Source: Aulosira sp. ZfuVER01 (GTDB lineage: Bacteria > Cyanobacteriota > Cyanobacteriia > Cyanobacteriales > Nostocaceae). Taken from it: 64,000 nt of DNA. A program made the translations under genes and the position numbers. The DNA lies in the NCBI GenBank assembly GCA_034530615.2, contig JAVRCV020000079.1, positions 98,936 through 162,935 on the forward strand, written 5' to 3'. The notes beneath the pieces were generated by a model. The model ran no database searches and had not been told where the DNA came from. It saw nothing but the letters and a program-made list of their open reading frames with translations. Position 1 is the stretch's first letter; the number at the start of each line of letters is the position of its first letter. Positions 41,293-50,984 of the stretch are shown one piece after another.

Positions 41293-41718
41293 TTAAATCA
41301 GGTCGATTACAAAGTGATAAGCTCTAATTTCTAAACGCTGTTTGAAGTAAAAACGATGAGCCGCGAAACGATGAACGCCGGAGTCGAGGTGAAATTGTTC
41401 GCAAGCATTAGCTCTGGCATAGTTTAAGAGCCAATTTAATAGATTAGTGCCATAACCTTGAGAGCGATCGCTTTCTTGAGTTACTAAATCATCCACATAG
41501 AGAAACTTACCCCAAGATAAAGATTCAGCTATTCTAAATCCTGCTACAGCCTTGATGCTTCCCCCATCTTCAAGATATGCCAGTTGATAACCTTGCTGCT
41601 CTTGTCTTTTAATCCGACTGACAAACTCGCTGGCGATGAGATGGGGACGAAGCATTTGCATAATTGGAAAACAACGCTCAATTTCTGCATCCGACTTTGC
41701 AAGGGTAATATGAGTCAT
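41293..41718 (-). CDS. GNAT family N-acetyltransferase
   Basis: LYVDDLVT...RSQGYG...AHRFY. Confidence 0.9.
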   Translation of the reverse strand: MTHITLAKSDAEIERCFPIMQMLRPHLIASEFVSRIKRQEQQGYQLAYLEDGGSIKAVAGFRIAESLSWGKFLYVDDLVTQESDRSQGYGTNLLNWLLNYARANACEQFHLDSGVHRFAAHRFYFKQRLEIRAYHFVIDLI

Positions 41719-42420
41719 TTAGTCTGGGTGAAGTTCTGAATTTTGAGTTTCTGGCAATGCTAAGGGTAATTCTAACCCTGGAGCCATAGCAAGTTCTGCG
41801 GGTGGAACTTCTCTGGTTGAACTTCTGAGATATTGCCCATCATTGACAGGAGCTACAGGCTTCATGCGGTGAGTAATACTGTAATAGCGGTGATTTTGTT
41901 GGGTTTGGTATCGTTCTTGAATGCTTTCATTCGCAATTTTCTTCCGCAATTTGATAATTGCATCAATTACCGCTTCCGGTCTGGGCGGGCATCCTGGTAT
42001 ATAAACATCAACAGGGATTAATTTATCTACACCTCGCACTGCGCTAGGAGAATCAACACTAAACATTCCCCCGGTAATGGTGCAAGCTCCCATTGCGATG
42101 ACATACTTAGGTTCTGGCATTTGCTCGTAGAGTCGCACTAAGTTAGGTGCATACTTCATAGTTATCGTCCCGGCAGTGATTAATAGATCTGCTTGTCGAG
42201 GAGTTGCACGGGGAATCATCCCATATCGCTCTAAGTCAAAGCGAGAAGCATAAGCCGCCATAAACTCCATGAAGCAGCAGGCTGTACCAAACATCAACGG
42301 ATACAGACTGGACATTTTCACCCAGTTGTAAATATCGTCTACTATGGTGAGAATAATGTTTTCAGATAATTGTTGCGTAATTTCAGGACGCTCAATGGGA
42401 TTAATAATTGAACTTGTCAT
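41719..42420 (-). CDS. ndhK: NDH-1 subunit K paralog (stand-alone)
   Basis: [27 protein letters not shown]; no ndhC or ndhJ adjacent. Confidence 0.9.
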   Translation of the reverse strand: MTSSIINPIERPEITQQLSENIILTIVDDIYNWVKMSSLYPLMFGTACCFMEFMAAYASRFDLERYGMIPRATPRQADLLITAGTITMKYAPNLVRLYEQMPEPKYVIAMGACTITGGMFSVDSPSAVRGVDKLIPVDVYIPGCPPRPEAVIDAIIKLRKKIANESIQERYQTQQNHRYYSITHRMKPVAPVNDGQYLRSSTREVPPAELAMAPGLELPLALPETQNSELHPD

Positions 42421-42732
42421 GAGTTGAGTTCTCCCATAATTTTTGGCATAATTGCAGCGTTTGGCGAGCTAGCGATCGCTACTAACTAAAGTTTCTGATA
42501 ACTCTCCAAACTGCACCACTAAAGATAAAGGTGTTAAGGTGCTAACTTAAGCTCTAAGTTAACAAGCAAGAGTTATTTTTTATTTCTCCCCACCCTCTCC
42601 CATACTCCTCCTGCCTTCTCTTTTCGGTGTAATTGCAGTTCTCTATCATCCGATCCCCGTGAAAAGCTGGGAGCGGGAGCGATCGCACAATTATTTTCTC
42701 AGGCGTGCAACTATTAATAGGTGAATTAATCG

Positions 42733-43284
42733 ATGTCTTCATCTGAAAAACTACCGTCAGGATACTCATTCCGTCGAGGCACTTTTGCAGAGCTACAAGC
42801 ACGCAACTCTAAAATCTTTGGTTGGATATTTATTGTTATATCTGTATTAGCGATCGTTATTAGTATTCGCTCAATTTTAGAAACATACCCTGCTCATTCT
42901 CGGGAAGTGGAAGTAATTGCCCTCAGCACAAATGGCAAATTGCTGGTAACTGGCGGTCAGGATCGTAATGAAAGCAACGAGATTTGGACGGTCAAAGTTT
43001 GGGATGCTCAAACTTTAAAACTCCTCAATACATTGCCAGGATATTCTACTTTTCTAACTTCATTAACTATTAGTCCTGATGGCCAAACGATCGTGTTTAA
43101 TGATTGTTGTTCAACAAAGTTGTGGAATTGGAGGAATAACAAATATATCTCAGATGTTGATGGCATCAAACATGACACTGTACTAAGTCCTAACAGTGCA
43201 AATCTCATTGGTGTAGGCTCCGATCGCAAAACGATCGCGATCGCCAATTTACACAACCTCTTGCAATCCAGTGCCAATAAATGA
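42733..43284 (+). CDS. TM-anchored WD40-repeat protein, short and possibly truncated
   Basis: TM helix, then AHSREV...VKVWD, ISPDGQT, KLWNW; only ~3 repeats. Confidence 0.65.
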   Translation: MSSSEKLPSGYSFRRGTFAELQARNSKIFGWIFIVISVLAIVISIRSILETYPAHSREVEVIALSTNGKLLVTGGQDRNESNEIWTVKVWDAQTLKLLNTLPGYSTFLTSLTISPDGQTIVFNDCCSTKLWNWRNNKYISDVDGIKHDTVLSPNSANLIGVGSDRKTIAIANLHNLLQSSANK

Positions 43285-43361
43285 AAGGAAAAATCAGCGA
43301 GCGCGATCGCATCACTTAATCTGAGTCAAGGTAGGGATTGAACAATGCTCATTTCTATAAA

Positions 43362-44960
43362 CTACCTAGCATCGCCAACAACCCATCTGTTATTTTGAGC
43401 ATCCCATAATAAAAGAAAATTTACAGAACTAGGGGTAACTTTTCCATTCTTCAATGAGTATTGCAAACGAGCATTCACGGTTGCTGTTTCCGCGTTTGCT
43501 TGCACTAAATTCACTTGTTGAACATATACACTTTGCACCCTATTTCCCCACCAATCTATATAGGAAAGATAACCATTAGGGTGAAGCTTGCGATTATTTT
43601 GTAAGCTAGGGGATAACTGATTCCAAGCTGTTTGAAATTGACCTTGATTGATACTTGCATAATAATTTTGTACAGCTTGTTCAGGTGATGGTCGATCGAC
43701 TGGTGTTGGTGTTGAGGGAGAAGCTTGCACAAATGGAGTTGGGCTAGGAGTTGGTGTAGGAGAATAATCCGTAACTCTAGGGCTGGGAATGAAGGTTGTT
43801 ATCGGTGTTGCCGTCTCCTGCGGTTCATTGCGGATTGTTGCAGATTGATTTGATGACTGTGTTGACTCTGCTATTGGTTGAGTTTGTTTGTTGTTGAGGG
43901 CAAAACCAATAACGATCGCACTACCAATCAAGCCACCTGCAACTAAACTGGCAATAAAGATTCCTTTTTGTCCATTATCTGCTGGATTAGGAGGTTGATG
44001 AGATGGGCCGGGGCTGACAGGAATTGTGTTTTGTTGATGAGCTAGGCCTGGGCTAACGGGAACTGTATATTGAGTTGGTGGTACTGGGGTATTAACTACT
44101 GGTGGATGTTGATAAGGTACTGTAGGCGGAAAAGTATTTGCCCCAATTTGCAAGGCTTGTAGCATTTCTCTAGCGCTGGCGAAGCGATCGCGGGGATGAT
44201 AGGCAATAGCACGATCTATTACGCCTGCAAATGTCGGACTCACACTTAAAGCGTGTTTAGACCAGATAATTTCTCCACTACGCGGATCTGTTTCTAATTC
44301 TGGCGGTTGTTTTCCAGTCAGCAAATAAATTGCTGTCATTCCTAAACTATATAAATCGCTGGAAAAAACTGGTCTACCCATTGCTTGCTCGCTGGGCATA
44401 TATCCAGGCGTACCAATCACAATCGAACTGGTAGGTAAGCCTTGGGAATTCACCACCGTTCCCATTGTTTCCCGCACTGCACCAAAATCAATCAGTACTG
44501 GTTTGTTATCTCGATAACGCAAGATAATATTATCCGGCTTGATATCGCGGTGAATAATCCGTTTTGTGTGAATGTACTCTAGAACAGGTAACAAATTTAC
44601 TAAAATGTCCCGGACTGCACTTTCACTCAACAATCCCTGCTGTTGTAGTTTTACTGTGAGAGTTTGTCCTTCAACCCACTCTTGAACTACATAAAATTGC
44701 CCCTCAGACTGAAAATAAGCATACAACGAGGGAATCTGGTCAGTAGAGCCGCCCAAGTCTTCTAAAATTGCTGCTTCTCTTTGAAACCGTTCTTGTACCA
44801 GTTGGTAAATCTGAGGGTTATTGTGAATCGGTTTGAGTTGTTTAATCACACAGCGACGCTTGGAGGGCATTTGGGTATCTTCTGCTAAAAAAGTTTCACC
44901 AAATCCACCGCCCCCCAAAGTTTGAATAACTTGATAGCGATTGTTCAGCAGCGTTTGCAT
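43362..44960 (-). CDS. Hanks-type Ser/Thr protein kinase with TM helix and extracellular domain
   Basis: LGGGGFG, HRDIKPDN, DFG, GTPGY, Pro-rich linker, TM helix. Confidence 0.95.
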   Translation of the reverse strand: MQTLLNNRYQVIQTLGGGGFGETFLAEDTQMPSKRRCVIKQLKPIHNNPQIYQLVQERFQREAAILEDLGGSTDQIPSLYAYFQSEGQFYVVQEWVEGQTLTVKLQQQGLLSESAVRDILVNLLPVLEYIHTKRIIHRDIKPDNIILRYRDNKPVLIDFGAVRETMGTVVNSQGLPTSSIVIGTPGYMPSEQAMGRPVFSSDLYSLGMTAIYLLTGKQPPELETDPRSGEIIWSKHALSVSPTFAGVIDRAIAYHPRDRFASAREMLQALQIGANTFPPTVPYQHPPVVNTPVPPTQYTVPVSPGLAHQQNTIPVSPGPSHQPPNPADNGQKGIFIASLVAGGLIGSAIVIGFALNNKQTQPIAESTQSSNQSATIRNEPQETATPITTFIPSPRVTDYSPTPTPSPTPFVQASPSTPTPVDRPSPEQAVQNYYASINQGQFQTAWNQLSPSLQNNRKLHPNGYLSYIDWWGNRVQSVYVQQVNLVQANAETATVNARLQYSLKNGKVTPSSVNFLLLWDAQNNRWVVGDAR

Positions 44961-45088
44961 AAATTGGCGTTAGCCAGTAACAGGGTGTTTGTTGTATACT
45001 TTATAGCATTTTGGATTTCAGATTTTGGATTCAAGGCAGCATTTTAAGTCTTTGTCGTGAGTACTATTGTGATTTAGAATATCAATTA

Positions 45089-45421
45089 ATGAAGAAGCTT
45101 TTATTTTTATGTAGTCAAAATAAACTGCGAAGCCCTACCGCTGAGGTTGTGTTTTCTGAATATGAAGGGTTGGAAACAGATTCAGCAGGTTTGGATCGCT
45201 ATGCAGAAGTACCAGTTTCCACAGAAGCAATCGTATGGGCTGATATAATTTTTGTGATGGAAAAGTCCCATAAACAAAAGCTAGCCAAAAATTTTCAGCC
45301 ATTTCTCAAAGATAAGCGAGTTATCTGCTTGAATATTCCCGATGAATACGAATATATGGAACCAGCCTTAATTAAATTGTTAAAGCAGAAAGTGCTACCA
45401 CTCTTACAAATTAAAGATTAA
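45089..45421 (+). CDS. Low-molecular-weight protein tyrosine phosphatase-like protein
   Basis: P-loop CSQNKLRS, ADIIFVME, IPD. Confidence 0.88.
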   Translation: MKKLLFLCSQNKLRSPTAEVVFSEYEGLETDSAGLDRYAEVPVSTEAIVWADIIFVMEKSHKQKLAKNFQPFLKDKRVICLNIPDEYEYMEPALIKLLKQKVLPLLQIKD

Positions 45422-45526
45422 AAAATGGATATTCAAGAAGCTTTTAATACTGCTGCGGCAGATTAAAAACGCTCATGCCGCTTGAGTTTTGCAGTATTCG
45501 GTGAACGATGAGCAATTATTTAACAA

Positions 45527-45961
45527 TCATTTACCAGAACAGTAACCATTAATTTCACTGACTAGTTTACTTTCTTCGCTACTATTCTTTTTCAGAGATG
45601 TTAAAGCAGTATTTGCGGCTTTTAAATTCTTTTTATCTATAGCTGTTGCTGTATCTTTCAAGCCTTTGCTAGTACTTTGATAGAGGCCGAGAAAGCGTCC
45701 TTGATAGCCCTGTAATTTTTCATCTTTGATTTCTAGGCCTTTCATCTCGGTTGTAATTGTGTCTATCTTCGCCGCTACTTCAGTTAAGGCTTTAGAACCT
45801 TTCTTCGGATCGGGATTTTTACCAAAGTCTTGACCTACAGTAACTGCCTGATTTGCTACTTTAATTATTTTGTTACATTGAGCAACCTTACTCTCTCCAC
45901 AACCTGTAAATAGTAATGCGATCGCAGCAGATCCGGAGAGTATAATACTTTTTTTAATCAT
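45527..45961 (-). CDS. Helical lipoprotein of unknown function
   Basis: Lipobox LFTGC; one further Cys near each end of the mature protein. Confidence 0.75.
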   Translation of the reverse strand: MIKKSIILSGSAAIALLFTGCGESKVAQCNKIIKVANQAVTVGQDFGKNPDPKKGSKALTEVAAKIDTITTEMKGLEIKDEKLQGYQGRFLGLYQSTSKGLKDTATAIDKKNLKAANTALTSLKKNSSEESKLVSEINGYCSGK

Positions 45962-46113
45962 TATGTTCTCGACTAGATTTTGCAAAATCCAGATTTAGGT
46001 ATTGGTCAAGATACTTTATACTCCATACTCTCACTAAAAAGTATTAAGTTATACTAATTTATTACAGTTGAATGACAGATGTTAAATATAACACGAGGTA
46101 GCATTCAGAGTAT

Positions 46114-46360
46114 GTGATGGCAGGGGTAACGCATATCGAGATCCAAGGAAGTGTTGAGGTACTAGAACAGTTAGTTAAAAATCACAAGGAAGCTCGCCTA
46201 AAAGAACGCATACAAGCGCTATATCGGATAAAAGCGCAAGGGATGAGTGTTTGTGCGAAGCCTTCTCCTATCAGAGACGCTCCGCGTAGCTTGCTTCTCC
46301 GTAGGAGTACGGCAAGCCGCTAAGAGCGTCTACGCTAAAACATTGGGTAAGCATATCTGA
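46114..46360 (+). pseudogene. IS630-family transposase N-terminal remnant interrupted by nested small repeats
   Basis: MAGVTHIEIQGSVEVLEQL...KERIQALY...MSVCA, then a ~74-bp insert; restoring GCGATCGC continues the frame as AIAKTLGKHI-stop. Confidence 0.7.
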
Positions 46361-46398
46361 TTAAAGCTTTTTGGTTATATGGGGCAGTTGAGCCACTT

Positions 46399-48321
46399 TT
46401 ATTGAATGAGAATTATTGCCTCTTGAACTTTGGTAGAAAGCGCTTTTTCTAGCCCTTGCTCAACTTTGGCTATCAGTTCGTCAAAAGCTTCTTGATTCGC
46501 TGTTAGTTGTTCTTGAAGCACTTTCTCTAACTCAGGCTTGATTTTCTCACACATATCGTCAATTTTTTTCTCGCTCAAAAAACTGGAACGCAGCCAACCT
46601 GGAACATCAATGTTTGTCTTGATTGCTTCTTGGACACCCTTGCGATTTAATTCCATTCCTGCTGCCATTACCGAAGCACCATATACTAATGCGATCGGCC
46701 AGGTAAGATGTCCAGTTAGTATTAAAGTAATGATACTAGCGAGAGTACCTCCACCAATTATTACGTTAATAATAAATGCTACTGTGTCGGCAAGAATTGC
46801 ATCGCCAATTCGTAGTTCTGGATTAACAAAAGCTGGGTCAATACTATCTTCAAACCTTAAACTACTTCTAGGTATTTGAAATTTTCGGCAGATTGGATCG
46901 GTTTGGGTGGCTAAATCTGGTTGGATTTTATTGTTAAACCAATTAATGCATTGATTGTTAATTATCTGCTGTGCGACATTGCCTTGCAGCCACTTTTCTG
47001 CCTGATTCTTCATAGATATTTCCAAATCTGCTAAAGTCTTGATTTTGTTTTTCTGCCAGTCTTTTACTCCTGGTCTGACTGCATTTTCAATTAAACTATT
47101 TGCTAGTGGCTGAGTTAACAATTCAATTAAATCTGGAATATGTCTCGCAATCAACTCTTTAAGCCTGTTTGATTCCACAAGTTTGTTAACTTCTTGTTGG
47201 AAGGCAGTAGCACGCAAATCCCATCTACCTACACGCGCTAAACCTAAGGCAATACAACGTTCTGGTTCTGGATCGGGACGTAGAAGTGTTTCTGGTTCTG
47301 GAAAGATTTCTTGACAGATTTGGTGGGTAAATTTCATCCGAGATGCACCACCAGTCATCAGTAGGATTTTCGGCACGATTCCTTGTTTGTCTAGCTTTGA
47401 TTTCGCCTCTTTGACTGCTGCACGAAATGCTTGCATCCAACTTTTTTGACCTAGTGCAAGCAAAGATTGATGCAATATTTCATCCATGATTAATTTGTTA
47501 ACTTGAGGAATAAAATAAATTTGTTCGTTGATAGATTCAAAGCCACGAGCAAAGGATTGAGTATCGCTATATAGCTGTTCGTTAGAAAAGTAATCTTCTT
47601 TAGTTTTACGACAAGCAAGTTCACAACGAGCTTGGTGATGGGGATATTCTGCAAATACTTTTTCTAATAATGATTTTTGCTCGTGTTGGGCAAGAGTGCG
47701 TTCAAAAATAGCTCGATCAATTAAGGATGCGCCCAAAGTATTACTGCCAAAATCTATGGGTATTTCTTGTAAGCTTTTTACTAGTGTAAAATCTGTGGTT
47801 GAAGAGCCAATATCGACAATTAACACCGATGAAAGCAGTTTTTCATATTCGAGTTTCCCGGCTTCTTTGGCTTGCATGAAAGCAGCGCGCGATTCGGGGA
47901 CAACATTTAGCAAATCAATGCCTGCTGATTGTAGTAGCTTTTGGTATTCTGTGCGATCGCTCGCTGACCATCCAGAAGGACAGCCAACATAAAAATAAGT
48001 ATTGTCGCTACCTTCAATTTGTTTGCTTTCTTTTAACAGGCGGTAGTAGGTGGCTACAAATGTGCTAATCGTCTCTTGATACTTGGGATCGTTGTTTGGT
48101 TTTTGCTTGAATGAAATTGCTAGTTGGGTAACGCCAGCTTGAATTAATGCTTGTTCTCCTACAAGATAACCCAGCCTAGGATGCCAACCAAGAGCAGTAA
48201 TTTGATTTTTTCGATTATTAATCTCTAGCATTTGGGGAGGTTCAATACTCTCGACTATCGCTTTAGCTACAGCTGTTTCACCGTGTCCCAAATCAAAACC
48301 AATTGTTTCTAAAATTTCCAT
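46399..48321 (-). CDS. Hsp70/DnaK-like ATPase domain fused to a helical region with a hydrophobic hairpin (no canonical substrate-binding domain seen)
   Basis: GFDLGHGET, VGCPSGW, ESRAA, VDIGSSTTD, GGASR, PERCIALG. Confidence 0.85.
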   Translation of the reverse strand: MEILETIGFDLGHGETAVAKAIVESIEPPQMLEINNRKNQITALGWHPRLGYLVGEQALIQAGVTQLAISFKQKPNNDPKYQETISTFVATYYRLLKESKQIEGSDNTYFYVGCPSGWSASDRTEYQKLLQSAGIDLLNVVPESRAAFMQAKEAGKLEYEKLLSSVLIVDIGSSTTDFTLVKSLQEIPIDFGSNTLGASLIDRAIFERTLAQHEQKSLLEKVFAEYPHHQARCELACRKTKEDYFSNEQLYSDTQSFARGFESINEQIYFIPQVNKLIMDEILHQSLLALGQKSWMQAFRAAVKEAKSKLDKQGIVPKILLMTGGASRMKFTHQICQEIFPEPETLLRPDPEPERCIALGLARVGRWDLRATAFQQEVNKLVESNRLKELIARHIPDLIELLTQPLANSLIENAVRPGVKDWQKNKIKTLADLEISMKNQAEKWLQGNVAQQIINNQCINWFNNKIQPDLATQTDPICRKFQIPRSSLRFEDSIDPAFVNPELRIGDAILADTVAFIINVIIGGGTLASIITLILTGHLTWPIALVYGASVMAAGMELNRKGVQEAIKTNIDVPGWLRSSFLSEKKIDDMCEKIKPELEKVLQEQLTANQEAFDELIAKVEQGLEKALSTKVQEAIILIQ

Positions 48322-48336
48322 AGTCTTAATTATTTG

Positions 48337-49239
48337 TTATTCTTTAACCTGGGAATAAGCTGGCTCAATGACTCGACCACGCCGCAGTAAGCGATCGCCT
48401 TTTAACAACGCAGGTGTTAAAGTGACGTAATCCTTGGTGTCAGAATCGATACTTGGCTCAAAGTCAAAATAATTGCGATCGCTTTCGGGGTCGTTGGCTC
48501 GGTAAATTTGCGCGCGAATTCCCTGTTCCATTAAAATTTGAGGTAGAAGTTGCGCTAGTGCGATCGCCATTTGGGGTTTATCCAGAAAGGATGCACCCAT
48601 GAGCTTTTGCAGAAAACCCAATAACTCTGGCTGTTCTTCGATCCCAAGGTCATCTTCTTGTTTGCTTCCTACTTCCAATCTAGCCACTGCTTGGTCGATG
48701 GTGTGGAGTGCATCAGCAAGGTTATCTAAAAGAACTTGACTATCAACCCACAGGACAGGTTGAGGTAATTTCAGTAAATCTTGTGACGTTGAATTATTTT
48801 CTTGATTATTTTTGTCGAATTGCAGCACAACTTCCAACCCCAGCAGCACAGAAGCTAGTAATATTCCCATCCACGCACCTGGTGTAGTTTTAGTTAAATA
48901 AAACAACCAACCTAAAATACCCATATAGAGCAGTGCTTTTAATAGTTTCAGGATTACTCTGTTGGGGGAAACGTTAGAAATTAGGTGATTAATTTGCTGT
49001 GTGGGAACGATTTGAGAAAAGTTAGCTGCTGCAAGAGTTGCAATCGACTGACGTAGCATATCCAGAAAAAAAGCAGCCATACGTACTTGAGTCAAATTTA
49101 GCTCGCTAATGTAAATTCTTTCAAGATTATCAAGTCGATTCTGAACCAGCTTAACTACCTGCTCAATGCTGCTTGTATTCTCAATATCTGTCTGGAGTTG
49201 GTTGCGTTCTTCCCTAAAAAGCGTAGTAATTTTTTTCAT
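48337..49239 (-). CDS. Two-TM protein with a GrpE-like C-terminal beta region
   Basis: Coiled coil, 2 TM, helical region, then FDFEP...VTLTPALLKGDRLLRRGRV, which resembles the GrpE C-terminus. Confidence 0.65.
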   Translation of the reverse strand: MKKITTLFREERNQLQTDIENTSSIEQVVKLVQNRLDNLERIYISELNLTQVRMAAFFLDMLRQSIATLAAANFSQIVPTQQINHLISNVSPNRVILKLLKALLYMGILGWLFYLTKTTPGAWMGILLASVLLGLEVVLQFDKNNQENNSTSQDLLKLPQPVLWVDSQVLLDNLADALHTIDQAVARLEVGSKQEDDLGIEEQPELLGFLQKLMGASFLDKPQMAIALAQLLPQILMEQGIRAQIYRANDPESDRNYFDFEPSIDSDTKDYVTLTPALLKGDRLLRRGRVIEPAYSQVKE

Positions 49240-49397
49240 AAACTAAACCTAGATTTTAACATTACTAATAAGTAGATTAGCTCTAAAAAATGTAAAAGCT
49301 TTCGTTTTCAGGTGAGATAACTTGCAGGATAGCAACTAGCGGGAGAATTATATTTGCTCTCCCTATACAGAAATATAGGAAAAGGTTTTGGGGTTTA

Positions 49398-49488
49398 CCG
49401 AACCAATAATTTACAGGTTTCTACACCTAACATTATATCTATATTTAGGTTCGGCAATCATCATTAAAACGGGTGATATTAGCCGAAC
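49398..49488. promoter_or_regulatory. Three GTTCGG (K-box/Rre1-like) heat-shock motifs in the divergent promoter region
   Basis: CCGAAC 49398-49403, GTTCGG 49449-49454, CCGAAC 49483-49488; the first reads GTTCGG-TAAA-CC on the minus strand. Confidence 0.55.
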
Positions 49489-49565
49489 TAACACTAGGTT
49501 TGCTAAACAATACTATAAGAATCAAAGCAAGGCAAACAAAGACCATAGTTAACAAGGAAATCAAT

Positions 49566-50015
49566 ATGTTAGTTCGTTACAATCCCTGGCAAGAATTAAA
49601 CGCTATCCAACGTCAACTCAATAGCTTATTTGACGAAACTAGAGTACCATCTACAGTGTTTGAAAAAGGTTTTGTAAGAGTTCCGGCTGCTGAATTGCAA
49701 GAAACTGAAGATGCTCTTCATCTCAAGCTAGAACTGCCTGGACTAGAAGCTAAAGACCTAGACATTCAAGTCACTGAAAAGGCTGTTTATGTGAAAGGTG
49801 AGCGTAAGTCAGAAACTAAAACTGAAGAAAAAGGCGTTACCAAAAGTGAATTTCACTACGGTACATTCCAACGTGTAATTCCTTTACCTATGCCAATTCA
49901 AAATACCAACGTCACCGCAGATTACAAAGATGGCATCTTGAATTTGACATTGCCTAAAACTGAGCAAGCAAAGAACAAAGTTGTCAAGGTAAATCTGGAG
50001 CAACCTGCTGCTTAA
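49566..50015 (+). CDS. Small heat shock protein Hsp20 (HspA-like)
   Basis: ELPG, KGERK, EFHYGTFQRVIPLP, ADYKDGILNLTLPK. Confidence 0.95.
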   Translation: MLVRYNPWQELNAIQRQLNSLFDETRVPSTVFEKGFVRVPAAELQETEDALHLKLELPGLEAKDLDIQVTEKAVYVKGERKSETKTEEKGVTKSEFHYGTFQRVIPLPMPIQNTNVTADYKDGILNLTLPKTEQAKNKVVKVNLEQPAA

Positions 50016-50062
50016 TAAGTCTTAATGAGACTACATTCTTCGTTAAATAAATTGAGATAGCT

Positions 50063-50096
50063 AAAAGCCCGGTTTCAGAATGACCGGGCTTTTTTT
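50063..50096 (+). terminator. Rho-independent terminator of hsp20
   Basis: aaaagcccggt-loop-accgggc followed by a T run. Confidence 0.85.
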
Positions 50097-50241
50097 AATA
50101 TAATTCATGGTTTAAGGTGTAACGCTTGCTAGATATACAGGGTGCATTCACAGAGGGCTTTTTCTACACGCAACAGATATTAAAGTTGAAACTTGTTTGG
50201 CGATCGCCTACTTTCTAGAGTTTAACTCGGCTATAACAGTA

Positions 50242-50297
50242 GCGATGTCTTCTCTTCGAGACGCTGCGTGGAACGACAACCTCTTCGGGGAAGGCAC
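50242..50297. mobile_element. Nested SDR-type small repeats beginning at GCGAT
   Basis: gcgatgtct[tctcttcgagacgctgcgtgga]acgacaacc... Confidence 0.5.
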
Positions 50298-50305
50298 TGG
50301 GAATA

Positions 50306-50959
50306 ATGAACATAGCCTGTGAAAAGGAGTTACTATTTGGGATGGACGCAGCATATTGTTTGTATCAGACGCGCAAAAAATTTAAGGAACAATGCCAAGG
50401 ATTTTCCTTTAAGCAGTTCTTATATAATTCCCTAATTCCTCCTTGGTGGATGATTTTAGAACGCGATCGCAGATTTTGCGTGTTATACCGCGATCAAAAA
50501 ATTCTCTTGCAAAAAGGTATGGTCGTTTGGGGACGAATAGTTCAAGCTAACAATTTGCTTTTTCAGCCAGGAAAATGGGATCATCCAGCAGTTATCGTCT
50601 GTAGTCCGGCTCCGGTATTTGATAGTAACCTCAAGGAATTGACAAGAATCGCTCAAGACCTTTATGAACTAAAAGATAAAAAGCTTGAGCATCCAGAGAT
50701 GGCAGATTTCGTAACTTTTGGTGAAGTTATTACGAATGAAATGGATTGTCTGTTTAACATCGAGATTCCCGACGCTTTAACATTAAATCAACTCGTATAT
50801 TTCACATCGATTATGGTATATAGAAAACATCTACCTGGAGGTTATTTAAAATCTGCTTGGTTCCCTATTTTAATTGCTCCAGAGAAAACTCCTGCTGCGA
50901 TGATTTTGCCATCGAAATATTGGTTCCCCGGACTACAGCAGATGTGGGGTGCTGATTAA
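50306..50959 (+). CDS. Hypothetical protein
   Basis: 217-aa ORF with a globular-looking C-terminal part (IVQANNLLF, HLPGGYL); start uncertain. Confidence 0.65.
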   Translation: MNIACEKELLFGMDAAYCLYQTRKKFKEQCQGFSFKQFLYNSLIPPWWMILERDRRFCVLYRDQKILLQKGMVVWGRIVQANNLLFQPGKWDHPAVIVCSPAPVFDSNLKELTRIAQDLYELKDKKLEHPEMADFVTFGEVITNEMDCLFNIEIPDALTLNQLVYFTSIMVYRKHLPGGYLKSAWFPILIAPEKTPAAMILPSKYWFPGLQQMWGAD

Positions 50960-50984
50960 AAAGGCTATTGGTGTACAGCAACTC

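Noticed and set aside
46399..48321. Canonical dnaK
   Set aside because: Divergent ATPase motifs and no recognisable substrate-binding domain or lid
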